DNA from: Octopus sinensis
Taxonomy: Eukaryota
Direction of reading: 5' to 3'
Length of the DNA stretch: 64,000 nucleotides
Assembly: GCF_006345805.1 (NCBI RefSeq)
Contig: NC_042998.1
Span: forward strand, 137,330,001-137,394,000
Part shown: positions 24,801 through 39,769 of the stretch, one piece after another
Numbering within the stretch: the first letter of the stretch is position 1
How the letters are laid out: every line of letters begins with the position of its first letter
Translations under genes and position numbers: made by a program
Notes under the pieces: generated by a model
Database searches by the model: none
Told to the model about the DNA's origin: nothing
Seen by the model: only the letters and a program-made list of their open reading frames with translations

Positions 24801-24870
24801 GGGCACCATCGCCACCGCCACCACTGTTTTCCGCACCACCAACACCACCAGCACCATCACCACCTTCTAT
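23920..24870. repeat. Cryptic (ACC/ACT/CAT) trinucleotide low-complexity tract
   Basis: Produces a spurious Thr/His-rich 303-aa ORF. Confidence 0.85.
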
Positions 24871-25244
24871 AATTCATTGCTGACCAGAAAAACTTAAAAT
24901 AATGGAATAGGAAAGAAAAGGAGAAAGCAACATATTCAGTTTAAAAGCTGTCAAAACACCTCTTTGAGAATTGAAAAACTGTTGTATATATGTGATGGTC
25001 TTGTGTGTGTGGTGGTTGTGGCAGTGTGGTGAGGCATGGGATGGTGTAATATGGTGGTGAGTGTGTGGTGTGTGTTGTTAAGGTATGTTGCTTCTCTTTT
25101 AGAAATAGGAAAGAAACACCAGAAGTCTGAACTAAAAGGCTTTTAATAGATAATACATATTTGGCATTGTTGAAAGGAGGAAGGAAAGAGCCAAAAAATT
25201 TTTTTGAAAACATAAGAAACACTCCCAAACAAAATAACAATGAC

Positions 25245-25284
<40 letters not shown>

Positions 25285-25289
<5 letters not shown>

Positions 25290-26200
25290 TGCCCTGATGC
25301 AGTACCAAACAGTGGCTCTCATGCTTCTCATCTTAGCTGATTGGAAGAGTTATCTTGTACATTGTTTTGTCTTGGAATAAAAGATGAGCTACAGTAAATA
25401 TTCTGTTCAATACCACAGATTTGCTTGTCAGTTGTTTGACTTTAACCAGTTGAGCATGTCCCTTAGCAGCTGATGATATGTGCATCTCTGATCATGAGCA
25501 GATGTAGTGTGGGAAGCGTCATAGCCATGTGTTGAGAGGAATTCTTTGGGGTTTGAATAATTCACCTCTGGAAACATGGGTGTTTCGTTCAAAGCACAGC
25601 AAACATCCGGTCACTCCGACCCCCAAGAGCACCTCAGACACACAGCCCTCTTACCCTCAACTGTTCTGGCCTACAGGCAAATGTACATAGTAGACCCATT
25701 CACAGAGACCATCCTCACTATATTTACCCACCTTTCAGAAAAAATACTGGGGAGCAGAATTTTCATCTCTACCTTTGCTTTCCTTTTCAAGTGGAACTAC
25801 CAGACACAGGCTCTCATAGCTTCTGATCTTAACAGATTGGAAGTGTTATCATGTACATGTTTTGTCTTGGTATAAAAGATGGGCTACAGTAAATATTCTG
25901 CTCACTACCACATATTTTATATTCATTCATTCAACATCCTTAAACAACCCTTATCGAGGAGCCTTTTGAGTGAGATGGGCTACTTGACCTGAAGAAAATT
26001 CTAATTGGGCCCACCTGCAAGGTCATGTGCAGTTTATCTTGATATGAGATCATCTTGTTGGGCACATATGTTTGTGATGCAGGTGCCTAGTGTACCCTTA
26101 TCAGATGGGTAGTCATGATGGGTATATTGAGCTTCATATATTTGTAACCCACCGTCACTTTGATGGTATGCACTGCTCTCTCTCACTCAATAATAATAAT
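25285..26200. mobile_element. Two partial copies of an unclassified interspersed repeat (third copy at 27860-28020)
   Basis: Shared cagtaaatattctg(c/t)tca.taccacagatttgcttgtc..gagcatgtcccttag block. Confidence 0.55.
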
Positions 26201-27097
26201 AATGGTTTCAAATTTTGGCAAAAGGTCAGTAATTTTAGGAGGGGCAAGCCATTTACATTGATCCCAGTGTTCAACTGGCACTTGTTTTATCGATCCCAAA
26301 GGGATGAAAAACAAAGTTGAATTTGGCAGAATTTGAATTCAGAACCTAAAGACAGACGAAATGCTGCAAAGTACTTTGTCCACCATGCTCATGATTCTGC
26401 TAGCTTGTTGCCTTGATCATGCTGATGATGATGAAGATGATGACAACGACGATGACGACAATGACAACAACAGTGAGATGGATAATTGGTTAGAAAAGAT
26501 TGGCATAATAATAAAAAATAGAGTATATCTAGAAAAGAGCATTACTTGGTAGTGCAAGGAGTCTCTAGAAAGTTCTCAAGACTTGGAGAGAACACACCCC
26601 CTTAGTTCAGCTGCTAGATCGCATAATAATGATAGCAATAATGATGATGACAATATTGATGATGATGATGATGATGATTATTATTCTAAATTTTGGTGCA
26701 AGGCCAGCAATTTCAGAAGAGGGGTAAGTCAAATATATCAACCCAAGTGTTCAACTGGTACTTATTTTATCAACTCCTAAAAGATAAAAGGTAAAGTCGA
26801 CCTCACCAGAATTTGAACTCAGAACATAAAAGCAGATGAATTGCTGCTAAGCATTTTGCTCAGCATGCTAATGATTCTGCCAGCTAAATTGCATCAGATT
26901 TTGGTACAAGGCCTGAGATTATCAGAGAGATGGTAAATTGATTACATCTTCTCCAGTGTTTAACTGATACTCATTTCATTGACCCTGAAAGGAGGAAAGG
27001 CAAAGTTGATCTCAGCAGTATTTGACCTCTGAATGTAAAGACAGATGAAATATTGCTAACAATTCTACAAGCTTGTTGCCTAATAATAATAACCCAA

Positions 27098-27228
27098 GAA
27101 CATTAAGAATCAAGAGAGGGATCTTTCAAGGAGACACTGCATCTCTTTTGCTATTATTTTATGCAGGATTCCTTTAACATTGCTACTGAGAAAAGTAACT
27201 TCTGCATATGAGTTTAAAAGAAAACAGT
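27098..27228 (+). pseudogene. R4/R2-type RT motif fragment
   Basis: LRIKRGIFQGDTASLLLLF, resembling IKRGIFQGDSLSPLLF. Confidence 0.55.
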
Positions 27229-27430
27229 AAAAGATTTCAGTCATTTGACTGTGGCCATGCTAGAGCACCACCTTTAGTCAAGCAAATCGACCCCAGGACT
27301 TATTCTTTGTAAGCCTAGCACTTATTCTATTGGTCTCTTTTGCCAAATCACTAAGTTACAGGGATGTAAACACACCAGCATTGGTTGTCAAGCGATGTTG
27401 GGGAGGACAAACACTGACACACAAACATAT

Positions 27431-27506
<76 letters not shown>

Positions 27507-28452
27507 CATATATACGATGGGATTCTTTCAGCTTCTGTCTACCAAATCCACTCACAAGGCTTTGGTCAGCCCGAGGCGATAGTAGAAGACACTTGCCCAT
27601 GGTGCCATGCAGTAGGACTGAACCTGGAACCATGTGGTTGGTAAGCAAGCTACTTACCACACAGTCACTCCTACACCTATGTAATATTTTTGTCAGTAAG
27701 TGTTATTTCTTTTATTTGCTTCTACCTAGAAATCAAAGGAAATGACTACTATTCCCATCAAACTTTACTTTTGTCAACTGGGCATCGATGTTTTGAAACT
27801 GACCTATTTTCCTATTACATTTCAGACAGATTCAGCACTGAGTTGCTGGAGCAGAAAATATCATTATAGTAAATATTCTGCTCAATACCACAGACTTGCT
27901 TGTCTGCTGCTTGACAATACCGGTTGAGCATGTCCCTTAGTGACTGATCATGAACAGGAGTGGTGGGGGAACATCACAGCTATATGTTGAGGGATTCTTT
28001 GGGGTTTAAATAAATGTAACAAAAACAAAGTTTGAAGGAAATATTAGCCATTTTTCATATTTTTTAAGGGTAAACAAATAGGAAATAACAGTTGCTACCC
28101 AAAGATAAAAATCATGTTACACAGTGTTATTTATGGATAACCTCTAACTGTATGGTAAGAACAAAGCAGAAAGCAATTCTTTAGTGAACATGATTCATTG
28201 CTTTAGAACTAGAGTCATGAAATTTTGGTAAAATTGTAAAGCAGAAACTGATTTGGATTCTTATCAGGAGCCATTTGATACCACTTATCCTCATTAATCT
28301 ATAAGGAATTGCACAAACAGCACAACTGTCTGTTTTCCTTCTCAAAAACAATTACAATATTCATGGCTGTGAATTTCACTGTAATTGATAGTTTAAGAAA
28401 GTACAAACTCCATTCAGACAGATTGATGAATTGCATAAAAGTGAAGTCTTCA

Positions 28453-28506
28453 GAGGTGGGCATGATCACCAGGACACTGTAGTGTCGTGGTGTTCATGCC
28501 CACTTC
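28453..28506. repeat. 54-nt near-perfect hairpin
   Basis: gaggtgggcatgatcacca-g-gacac-tgta-gtgtc-g-tggtgttcatgcccacttc. The right arm recurs near 28962-28985. Confidence 0.8.
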
Positions 28507-29229
28507 ATTAACATAATTAACATAACCATCTTCCTTTTCATTATCTGTATGGCCTTCTATATGTCTCTCCATAAAGGAGGATATATATACATGTGTGATA
28601 TTTATACAAGTGTGATATATCTATGTGTGCATGTGTGTGTGCATGTGTGTGTGTGTGTGTACATAATGGACTTCCACACAGTTTCTACCTACCAAATTCA
28701 CTAACAAGGTATTGGTCGACCCAGGGCTATAGTAGAAGACATTTGCTCAAAGTGCTGCACAGTGAGACTGAACCCAAAACCACATGGTTTCTAGTTTAGT
28801 CTTATACAGCCATGCCTGCGCCTACCAGTTTGTCTTTAAGTCTATGTTTACTCAGTTGATTTAAATACTGAAAATAGATTTTGTTTCATTTACATACAAT
28901 ATTCTAGCCTCTGCTCTTCCTTTCACTCCATTGTCTATTCCTTGTGCATAGCTTCTGTAATGTAGTGGTGTTCATGCCCACTTCACTAATGTAGTCAACA
29001 TAGCCATTCTTTATTTTTTTGTATTCATTATCTGTATGTCTCTCTCTATAAAATGATAAGGAGGAAGATATATACGTGTGTGTGTGTGTGTGTGTTATCA
29101 CAGGCATAGATGTGTGGATAAGAAGTATGCTTTGCAACCACATGGTTTTGGGTCTGGTGCCTTCTCGCAGCACCTTGAGCAATTGTCTTCTACTATATCA
29201 TCAGACCAATTGGTGTCTTGTTAGAGGTA

Positions 29230-29515
29230 ACAAAGATGAAGAGGATGAAGATGATAATAACAATGAGGTCAATGGCAATAACCAATGAGGATGTTGACGA
29301 CGATGACAACAACAACAACAGTGGTGATGATGATGATACGATGACGACAATGATAATAACAATGACAATGATGATGATGATGACGATGATGATGACAATC
29401 ATGATGACGAACATGATGATGATAACAATGATGACGGTGATGGTGGTGGTGGTGGTGGTGATGATGGCGATGATGATGGTGATGGTGGTGGTGATGATGA
29501 TGATGATGATGATAT
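29230..29515. repeat. (GAT/GGT/AAC)n low-complexity tract; similar tract at 39880-40210
   Basis: Direct inspection. Confidence 0.9.
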
Positions 29516-30794
29516 CAGCAGTGAAAATATTTAAAACACACCAAAAGAATTAAATACTGTACCTAAACCAATTAGACAGTTTCAGATAATTTGTTTATTT
29601 AAAAACAAAAAGGCATAATTTTGAATTATGAATAGAAACCTAACCAAACAGAAAGTGTGAATGAAAAACTAATGAGAATTTGGCTAGTCTGAATAAAAAC
29701 CAAGCAATAATTGGTAAATATGGATTACTTTCGACGAGACACAAATCATTTGGGGTCAAGGAAGAGTAACAGTTACCATAGTCAATTAACACTATAATTA
29801 GTTTTTTGTTTACTAACTCCAGAGGAAAAGTTAATGAAGGAGAGGTGATGGGATGAGTTGTGGAGGGCTATACTATATTATATGAGCAAGTATGAGAGGA
29901 AGGTACAGGGGAAAGAAGACGGGAATAGATCTGTATGTAAATTACATGTGTGTGTGTGTTATCATCATTGTCGTTGTCATCATCATCATCATCATCATCA
30001 TCAACATCATTTTAATATCCACTTTTCCATACTTGCATAGGTTGGACAAAGTTTATTCTCAGCAGATTTTCTCTGAGCAGTTGCCTTCACATTGCACACC
30101 CTCACCTGTTTGGAAGCAAAGTAATATTCCCCCAAGGCTAGACGTGTTCTTGCAGAATGTTGGAAATGAATGACACTGTTTGTATGACAGTGACACTCAT
30201 TTACAACAACCATGTGATGTTGAGACAAAGGCACCCAAGCCTACACACATACATGCACATATGTACATATGCATATATAATTATTTCTTTATTGCCCACA
30301 GGATAATACATATGCATACATATGCGACGAGCTTCAGTTTCCATCTACCAAATCCACCCACAAGCTTTTGGTTGGCCTGAAGCTGTATTAGAAGACACTT
30401 GTCCCTGTGGTTGAAAAGCCACGTTTGTCTTCACACAACATCAACCCCTTCACACACACACACACACATGCATAAGAAATGAAATAAATGACAAGGAAAT
30501 AAGAAATTATGTAATGAACTTCATTAACTCACAGCTGTTTCTGCAATAAGATGCAATGTACTCAGAGATGAGTGCTTGTGTATCACCCTGTAGCTTCATC
30601 AGAGCTTCAAAACTGAAGTGCAATTTTATTTGAGGAAGCATTTACATTTATTTATATATGTAAAAAGCCTTGCCATTGAAAAAACCTAAACTTATGTACA
30701 AAATGAAGAAGGGTGCTTGAGGGGAAGGAGCCCCACCCAGAGAAATTAAATTTTAATATTTATGTATGTATATATGTATATATATGTATGTATG

Positions 30795-30843
<49 letters not shown>

Positions 30844-31063
30844 TTACTCTTTTACTCTTTTACTTGTTTCAGTCATTTGACTGCGGCCATGCTGGAGCAC
30901 TGCCTTTAATCGAGCAACTCGACCCCGGGACTTATTCTTTTTGTAAGCCCAGTACTTATTCTATCGGTCTCTTTTGCTGAACCACTAAGTAACGGGGACA
31001 TAAATACACCAGCATCGGTTTTCAAGCAATGTTAGGGGGACAAACACACTCACACAAACACAT

Positions 31064-31139
<76 letters not shown>

Positions 31140-31356
31140 CTCTCTTTTACTCTTTTACTTGTTTCAGTCATTTGACTGTGGCCATACTGGAGCACCACCT
31201 TTAGTCGAATGAAATCGACCCCAGGACTTATTCTTTGTAAGCCTAGTACTTATTCTATTGTTCTATTTTGCCGAACCGCTAAGTTACGGGGACCTAAACA
31301 CACCAGCATCGGTTGTCAAGCAATGTTGGGGGGACAAACACAGACACAGAAACAAA

Positions 31357-31408
<52 letters not shown>

Positions 31409-32804
31409 CATATATACATATATATGACGGGCTTCTTTCAGTTTCTGTCTACCAAATCCACTCACAAGGCTTTGGTTGACCTGAGGCTATAGTAGAAGAC
31501 ACTTGCCCAGGGTGCCATGCAGTGGGACTGAGCCTGCAACCATGTGGTTGGTAAGTAAGCTACTTACCTATTTCTTTATTACCCACAAGGGGCTAAACAC
31601 AGAGGGGACAAACAAGGACAGACACAGGTATTAAGTCGATTACATCGACCCCAGTGCGTAACTGGTACTTAATTTATCGACCCCGAAAGGATGAAAGGCA
31701 AAGTCGACCTCGGCGGTATTTGAACTCACAACGTAACGCAGACGAAATACCGCTAAGCATTTCGCCCGGCGTGCTAACGTTTCTGCCAGCTCACCGCCTA
31801 GCCACTCCTGCACCTATATATATATATGTGTGTGTGTGTATAAAGGTAGGTGTATGAAGAATTCCTGTGTAAAGAAGTAAAAAAATTAAATAAGTAAAAA
31901 CACAAGGGATGGAGATAGATAGAAAGTGACAAGGTCCAAAACAAAATGAGAGGAGAAGAAGAGAAAAGGAATGTGTTTTTGAGAACCATTCTACATAAGG
32001 ATTCGTGCAAAATTGACAATTAACAGGCGAAAAAAGCAATGGACTGAGAAGACATTACAGATAACAGCATATGTGTGGTGGTGGTGGTGGTGGTGGTGTG
32101 TGTGTGTGTGTATACATGCATGTGTATACTGTGCATGTATATACAGAGTGAAGGTGAGCAGATATTGTTTTCAAATTTTGGCACAAGGTCAGCAATTTTG
32201 GGTAGGGGTAAATTGATTACATCAACCCTATTGCTCAACTGGTAGTTATTTTATTGACCCTGAAAGGATGAAAGGTGAAGTCAACATCAGTGGAATCTGA
32301 ACTCAAAACATGAAGAGGGATGAAATCTCATTAAACATTTTACCTGGTGTGCTAATGATTCTGCTAATCTCTGCCTTATGGGGGTGAGCAGATATTAATG
32401 GATATATCTTTATACATATACATCTATATACACATATACACATGCAAGTAAACTTATACACATGCACAAGAATATCTATATATACATAAATACATATAGA
32501 TTATCACTCTAATGTTCATCTACCCATGGTTGTATGGGTAGGATGAAAATTATTGAAGCAGAATTTCTAAGACTATATATCCTTCCTGTCACTAGCCCTC
32601 ATCTGCTTTTATATGTATATATATCATAATCATTTAATATCCATTGTCCATGCTGGCATGAGTTGAATAGTTTGACCAGAGCTGGCAAACTGAGGAGCAG
32701 CACCAGACTCCAGTCTGATTTTGCATAGTTTCTATGGCTGGATGATTTTCCTAACACCAACCACTTTACAGAGTGTGTTGGGTGCTTTTACATGGCATCA
32801 CACA

Positions 32805-32852
<48 letters not shown>

Positions 32853-32949
32853 TAGATAGATAAATACAGATATAGATATATGATGGACACTCCCTTCAGT
32901 TTCGGTATATGACAATCCAACAACCCATACTTTCTTTGTTAGTCGTAAT

Positions 32950-33150
32950 GCTTATCTCAAATGTGGCATTTCAGACTCACTAATGATTTGTAAAGAAACC
33001 CATAGATGTTGCAAGTATGAGGATTGTTGGTCAGTGCAGGCAGTATATTTGCAGCTGCTTTTTTCTTTTGCCATGCACCCCTTAGCCTGCTAATGTTGGT
33101 TGAAACAAAGTCTCTTAGACCATTTTGACACAATGATCTCCATTCTTAAA
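32950..33150 (-). pseudogene. RTE/BovB-type ORF2 C-terminal remnant
   Basis: EWRSLCQNGLRDFVSTNISRLRVHGKRKKAAANILPALTNNPHTCNI, ending in a decayed zinc-finger-like tail. Confidence 0.45.
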
Positions 33151-33181
33151 TTCTAACTGAAACAAGTAAAAGAAGATAAGA

Positions 33182-33223
<42 letters not shown>

Positions 33224-34486
33224 TTCTCTTTTTTTTTTTTACTTGTTTCAGTCATTTGACTGCGGCCATGCTGGAGCACCACCTTTTAGTCGAGCAAATC
33301 AACCCCAGGTCTTATTCTTTGTAAGCCTAGTACTTATTCTATGGGTCTTTTTTGCCGAACCGCTAAGTAATGGGGACATAAACATACCAGCATCGGTTGT
33401 CAAGCAATGTTGGTGAGGACAAACACAGACACAAACACACACATATATATACGACAGGCTTCTTTCAGTTTCCATCTACCAAATCTACTCACAAGGCTTT
33501 GGTCGGCCCAAGGCTATAGTAGAAGACACTTGCCCAAGATGCCACGCAGTGGGACTGAACCCGGAACCGTATGGTTGGTAAGCAAGCTACTTACCACACA
33601 GCCACTCCTGCGCCTATATAATATATACGTATACATATATATATTTATATATATATATGTATGTATATAATATATATATATAATATATGCATATCTACAT
33701 GTAAATATTATATTTTCCTACAGCGGTTTTCTGTTATTTCTACCTTAAGCTTTCTCTTAGGTTATATTATTTATTTAGGCTTTTCTCTTGAAGCTAGGGA
33801 GAATATAATGATTTATCATCACTTATACTAAAGTGTTATCATTGTATCTTTAACCCTAACTACAGTTGTAATGTCATATAGACATATACGCATGGAACGC
33901 TACATCAACGACCATATATGTTGAATATTTTAATCGTGTCCTTTAAACCGCTATAAAAAACATAAAACAAAGATTACAGAAATGCATATTTATCTAAGCT
34001 CAGTTGAAAAACAAACGTGAAGAGAAACATTTTCTTTTTAATTATTTTATTTATATAAATATAACATTTTATATTTATTTACAAGAAGAAAGATAACTTA
34101 GTCGTGAAGAAAAACGACTTTAAATTCATTAGCTAATTTCTTTTTCTATCTAATACGTTAACCAACAAATCAAAATAGATTTGTGATTAACGTAGACATG
34201 GCATAAAAATTTACCGATGTCTCCAAAAGAGTGAGTGTCGTGGAGTTGAATGACTACCGAACGAACACTGAAATATCTTCCAAAATCCAGGGTTTTTATA
34301 ACTGCTCACTTAACTCAAAAAGAATCGAAATTCATGACAGATATTCTTTACGAAACTTCTAGAATCTTTATATGAGCAGTTATATTAATCAATGGAAAAA
34401 AACGAAAATGATATTTCTTCGGCAAAGACATTACGTCATATTGCCAATTCGCGCCACATTTCAAAATGGCTAAAATGGTTATTGCT

Positions 34487-34575
<89 letters not shown>

Positions 34576-34669
34576 ACAATCGATATGTATGAAGAAAGTC
34601 ATATCTTTATTTTAGATCACACCTTAAATATCCAACGATTGTTTAAATTGCATTAATATATACATACAT

Positions 34670-34731
<62 letters not shown>

Positions 34732-36059
34732 TATGCATGCATATATATAAATATATATTCATATGCATACACACACACACATACATAATATTATTGAAAT
34801 TAATAATAATATGTACAAAAACACAAGGTAAAAAAATTCAATGTAGAAAATTAGTATATTTATCTACTAAAATTGATGATGTCTCTGTATATCTAAAGAA
34901 CAAAAACTGCAGACAAGAATTCTGTTTTGTTTAATAGATAACTTAAGAACAAAACCTTCAGATGATAATTCTACATAATGCTTAATAGAAACTTTGATAC
35001 TTTATGTCACAATAGTTAATTACCTATTTATTTATTTGATATAATAAACTCTTCCTCAAGAATTAACTGTGTTTTATAATAAGTGAAGAATTATTATATT
35101 CAACAACATATACGTCCACTGAGGATCTCAATAGAAAATTAAAAATAAAAATTACAGAAAAGACAACCAAATATCTATTTATTCATTATAATAAACTCTT
35201 ATATAGGAATTAACCTTATTATATAATAATTGGAAAATTACTATAATTAATATGTACAATTATTGATGACTATGCTAGATAACTAAAGAATAAAAACAAT
35301 GGATAAGATAATTAAATACCTATTAATGTTTATATTATATGCTGTTGAGTCTGGGGAGAGTCATTCTCTTTTAGTGCCTTATAATTTAACACAGTCACCA
35401 GTAAAATTTACACTTATTTCTTTTTTATTTTCCTAAAATTTTTATTGCATCTTGCAACCTTTCAATAGTTTTGACTCTGTCCATTATTAACACTGCATTC
35501 CTTCTTGTTTGTTTTAGCACATGTGTGTGTGCCTACACATGCATGTATGTATGTATTCATGTATGTATGTATGCATGTGTGTATGCATGTATGTGTGTGT
35601 GTGTGCATATGTATATAAGTATGTATGTGTGTATATTTGTATGCATGTATTCTACATATTCATGTGTTTGCGTGTCCGTGTTTGTGTGTGTGTGTGTGTT
35701 TGTATATATGTGTGTGAACCTCTCTCTCCTTGTGTGTGCATGTCTGAGTGTGTGTGTGTGTGTGTGTGAGTGTGATTTGCAACTATGTACTGTGTTTGTA
35801 TGTATGGATGTGCATCTTCATGTGTGGACATGTGTCTCCATATGTGTCCTTGTGTGAAGTAAAGTGTGTGTGTATATATGGTCATGTGTTTCAGTCTTCA
35901 ATTGAGTATGTGTGCATATGTGTGCTTGTCTGTTCATATAACCTATGTACCTATCCACCTGTATGTTGATCCATTTACTTTCATATCCATAGCTTATATA
36001 CATGTGCATATACATATATCTACATACACCCCCCCACACACACACATACATACATCTAT

Positions 36060-36280
36060 CTACATAACAGGGGGGGTGATATCTGCTATGTATATTTCCT
36101 ATTTAGTATTGGGGAAGTTTCCTTCATGAGGATGTACTCCTGAATTTGTCTGAGTGTTGGGTCCTTTGGATGCTTGGATAAGATGTGGATGTCAAGTTGA
36201 CCCAGGTTGCCTCCATGTTGGTCCTTGGCATGCTGGTAGAGTGTGGAGGACTGTTTTTTTTTGTCATCATGTTCTCTCAA
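36060..36280 (-). pseudogene. Penelope GIY-YIG endonuclease C-terminal fragment
   Basis: REHDDKKKQSSTLYQHAKDQHG..ILSKHPKDPTLRQIQEYILMKETSPILN. Confidence 0.6.
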
Positions 36281-36921
36281 TATTATATGCTTTTATGTGA
36301 ATTAAGATTATCATATGATAACTGAAAAATTACTATAATTAATATATACAATTCTTGATGATCTCGGTGGATAATTAAAGAATAATAATTATAGATAATA
36401 ATTCTATGCTATGTTTAATCAAAGCCGAGATACGTTACATTGCTATAATTAATTACTTATTATATTAAGCACTTTAATCAAAATTAACTTTATTATATAA
36501 TAATTAATTAAAAGATTATTTGAATGTCTTTCTAAATTTATAGCAACATCTTAAAGTTAAGTGCCCATTAAAATTCAAGGCAATTAATTTAGAATTATAA
36601 AATGTAATTCTTTGTAGTATTAAATATCCATCATGGTTGATCTTACCAATCGGCTTCATCTAAACCGATTGGTAAGATTAATTTTTTACATGAAACTGGC
36701 TGGTAAGATCAGCTGTAATGGAAATTTGATACTATAAAAGATGCACTCTACTGACAACTATACGAGTGCATCTTCTCCCTGACTTATGGTCTCAAGATTA
36801 ATCAGCCAAAATTGCAAGGATGATCCGGTTCTTGACTGACGATAAAAAGCTTTGAATGACCCGTCTGTGTTTTTTGTATCGTCTATCTGGATGTGTTGCG
36901 TTCTTGTCCCATTTTGTATTT

Positions 36922-37024
<103 letters not shown>

Positions 37025-37044
37025 AATATATGTATATGTATATA

Positions 37045-37560
37045 CAAGGTTAATCCCAAAAGTAAGGTCTCCAAAGTGCTGGGGATGCAGGGAAACTGCA
37101 TGCAGCTATTGGCAACACTGTTGTGTTTGTTGTGCATGCGCCTGTCCCTGCCCCTGCATGCATCTCACTGCCACACTCAGTCTTGGCTTGGCAGTTGTAT
37201 CTGATGGAGCTCCCAATTAACGCTATTGCCAAGTGTGAAGTTCACACAGTTATTCGGTTTTTGAACACAAAAGGCATTAAACCAATTGAAATTCATTACC
37301 TATTAACAGAAGTGTATGGTGAGTCACGCATGGATGTCAAAAATGTCCACAAGTGGTGTAGGGAGTTTGCAGCTAGTCATACTGAAATTCATGATGAAGA
37401 AGGAAGCAGGTGACCATCAATTTTCGGCAAGATAGTCATGAAGGTTGAGTAAATGCTGCATGAAAATCAGTGGATCACTCTAGACTATCTCTGCATTTTG
37501 GTTTCTGAGGTTTCCCAAAGCACCATTCATAGTAGCAACTCCTATAGACCCATAGACCCT
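37045..37560 (+). mobile_element. Truncated mariner (left TIR plus N-terminal HTH)
   Basis: TA|caaggttaatcccaaaagtaaggtctcc; EVHTVIRFLNTKGIKPIEIHYLLTEVYGESRMDVKNVHKWCREF. Confidence 0.8.
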
Positions 37561-37586
37561 TCCTTTCATCTTCAATGGGAACCTTT

Positions 37587-37630
<44 letters not shown>

Positions 37631-37964
37631 ATTAAGATTCAGTTGAATTAGGTACTTAAGCTGAGGCACCAAGTCAGTCCGGTATTATCTGCACAGCTTG
37701 AAGTAAGGTAAATAAAAGCAAATAAGGCGGCGGACTGGCAGAAACGTTAGCACGCCGGGCGAAATGCTAAGCGGTATTTCGTCTGCGTTATATTGTGAGT
37801 TCAAATTCCGCCGAGGTCGACTTTGCATTTCATCCTTTTGGGGTCGATAAATTAAGTACCAGTTACGCACTGGGGTCGATGTAATCGATTTAATACCTAT
37901 GTCTGTGCTTGTTTGTCCCCCCTGTGTTTAGCCCCTTGTGGGTAATAATGAAATAGGTAAATAA

Positions 37965-39214
37965 AAGCAAATATGTAACAAGGATGTGAAGGTATTAGTG
38001 CATTACAGCCATTTCAGGCAGCTCCATTTAATCAAATAATGCAAGTATTACATCAATTTGAAATACCGGCTATCTTCAGATGCATAATATAGGTTTTCAA
38101 CATACAGGATACTCCATTATAATTTTTAGCAAATATTTCATCAGAACTAGAGAATTAAAGAATTACGTGCTGCTAATATTGTAGCAGAATGAACTTAGAG
38201 AGACAAAATACCCCAAGTATAATTAGGAGTGGCAGAAAAGAATAACAATGGGAGTCATGAGATGATAATATAGCTACTATTTTTATTATACAAAATATAA
38301 TAATATATAAATTTTGCTATACTTTGGTTATATTTTCCACCCTGTACCCTTAATATCCATTTAGATTTCATTGTCACATACTTTATTTTCTATTTTAGGC
38401 CCCTTTAAATGATAATAATAAAATAGTTTATATCACCTCCCTCTTTCTGGGCATTTACCACTATCTTACTGACTTTTTTCTGAGATTTGTTTGTTTATGC
38501 GATCATAGGGAATCTATAGATATAATAAATTAGGGTTTGGGAGGTTATCTAACAGTAATTAATTTATTATTTGCAGGTAAAACTTAACTGTCAATTCCCA
38601 GAGGTCTTAATCCTTAGTATACCAGCTACGTTAGGTCTTTTGATGGTGATAAGAGGATAGATAAAAATTGTAGCTATATTACCATCTCATGATCCCCATT
38701 GTTATTCTTTTCTGCCACTCCAAATTTTAGTTGGAGTATTTTTTCTCTCTAAGTTCATTCTGCTACTACATTAGCAGCAAGTAAGGCAGCGAGCTGGCAG
38801 ACATGTTAGCACACCAAGCAAAATGCTTAGCAGTATTTTGTCTGTCTTTACATTCTGAGTTCAAATTCCTCCAAGGTCGACTTTGCCTTTTATCCTTTCA
38901 GGGTCAATAAATTAAGTATCAGTTGCATACTGGTGCCGATCTAATCGACTGGCCCCTTCCCCCAAAATATCGGGTCTTGTGCCTACAGTAGGAAAAAAAC
39001 ATTAGCAGCATGTAATTCTTTCATTTTCTTGTTCTGATGAAATATTTGCTAAAAATTATAATGGTGTATCCTGTATGTTGAAAACCTGTATTATGCATCT
39101 GAAGATGGTGGTGTATTTCAAACTGATGTAATGCTTGCATTATTTGATTAAATGGAGCTGCCTGAAACGGCTGTAAGGTTCTAATACCTTGACATCCTTG
39201 TTAGTTATTTGCTT
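37965..39214. repeat. Large fold-back (about 310-bp inverted arms), right arm interrupted by a SINE
   Basis: Left arm 37965-38277; right arm 38670-38779 plus 39011-39214. SINE TSD acattagcagca at 38768-38779 and 38999-39010. An upstream SINE has 19-bp TSD aggtaaataaaagcaaata (37706-37724, 37955-37973). Confidence 0.85.
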
Positions 39215-39690
39215 ATGTATATATATATATATATATATATATAAGTGCAGGCATGGCTATGTGGTTAGAAGTTTGCTTCCCAACCGCATGGTTTCCAGTT
39301 TAGTCCCACTGCATGGCACCTTGGGCAAGTATCTTTTACTATAGCCTTTGGCAGACCAAAGCCTTGTGAGTGGATTTCGTAGATGGAAACTGAAAGAAGT
39401 CCATAGTTTATATGTGAGAGTGTGTGTGAGTAAGTTTGTGTCCGTGTTTATCCCCCACCACCATTTGATAACCGGTGTTGGTGTGTTTATATCTCTTAGT
39501 TACTTAGTTTGGCAAAAGAGACTGATAGAATAAGTACCAGGTTTTAAAACGTAAGTACTGGGGTCAATTCATTTGACCAAAAATTCTTCAAGGCAGTGCT
39601 CCAGCATGGCCACTGTCTAGTGACTGAAACAAGTCTGTGTGTATATGTGTGTGTAGTTAGGTCGGTACTTAGGACTGAGGTATCTGTATG

Positions 39691-39769
<79 letters not shown>

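Noticed and set aside
23986-24897. 303-aa Thr/His-rich ORF resembling a mucin
   Set aside because: Built from ACC/ACT/CAT trinucleotide repeats; no credible start, signal peptide or splice context.
34940-36480. Diverged AT-rich direct repeats (three related blocks)
   Set aside because: Low complexity with no termini or coding signal; could not be classified.
36636-36710. 13-bp hairpin tcttaccaatcgg/ccgattggtaaga and GAAAC..GGTAAGA motifs (related to 13230-13290)
   Set aside because: No CUGANGA in register; only a pLTR relic.
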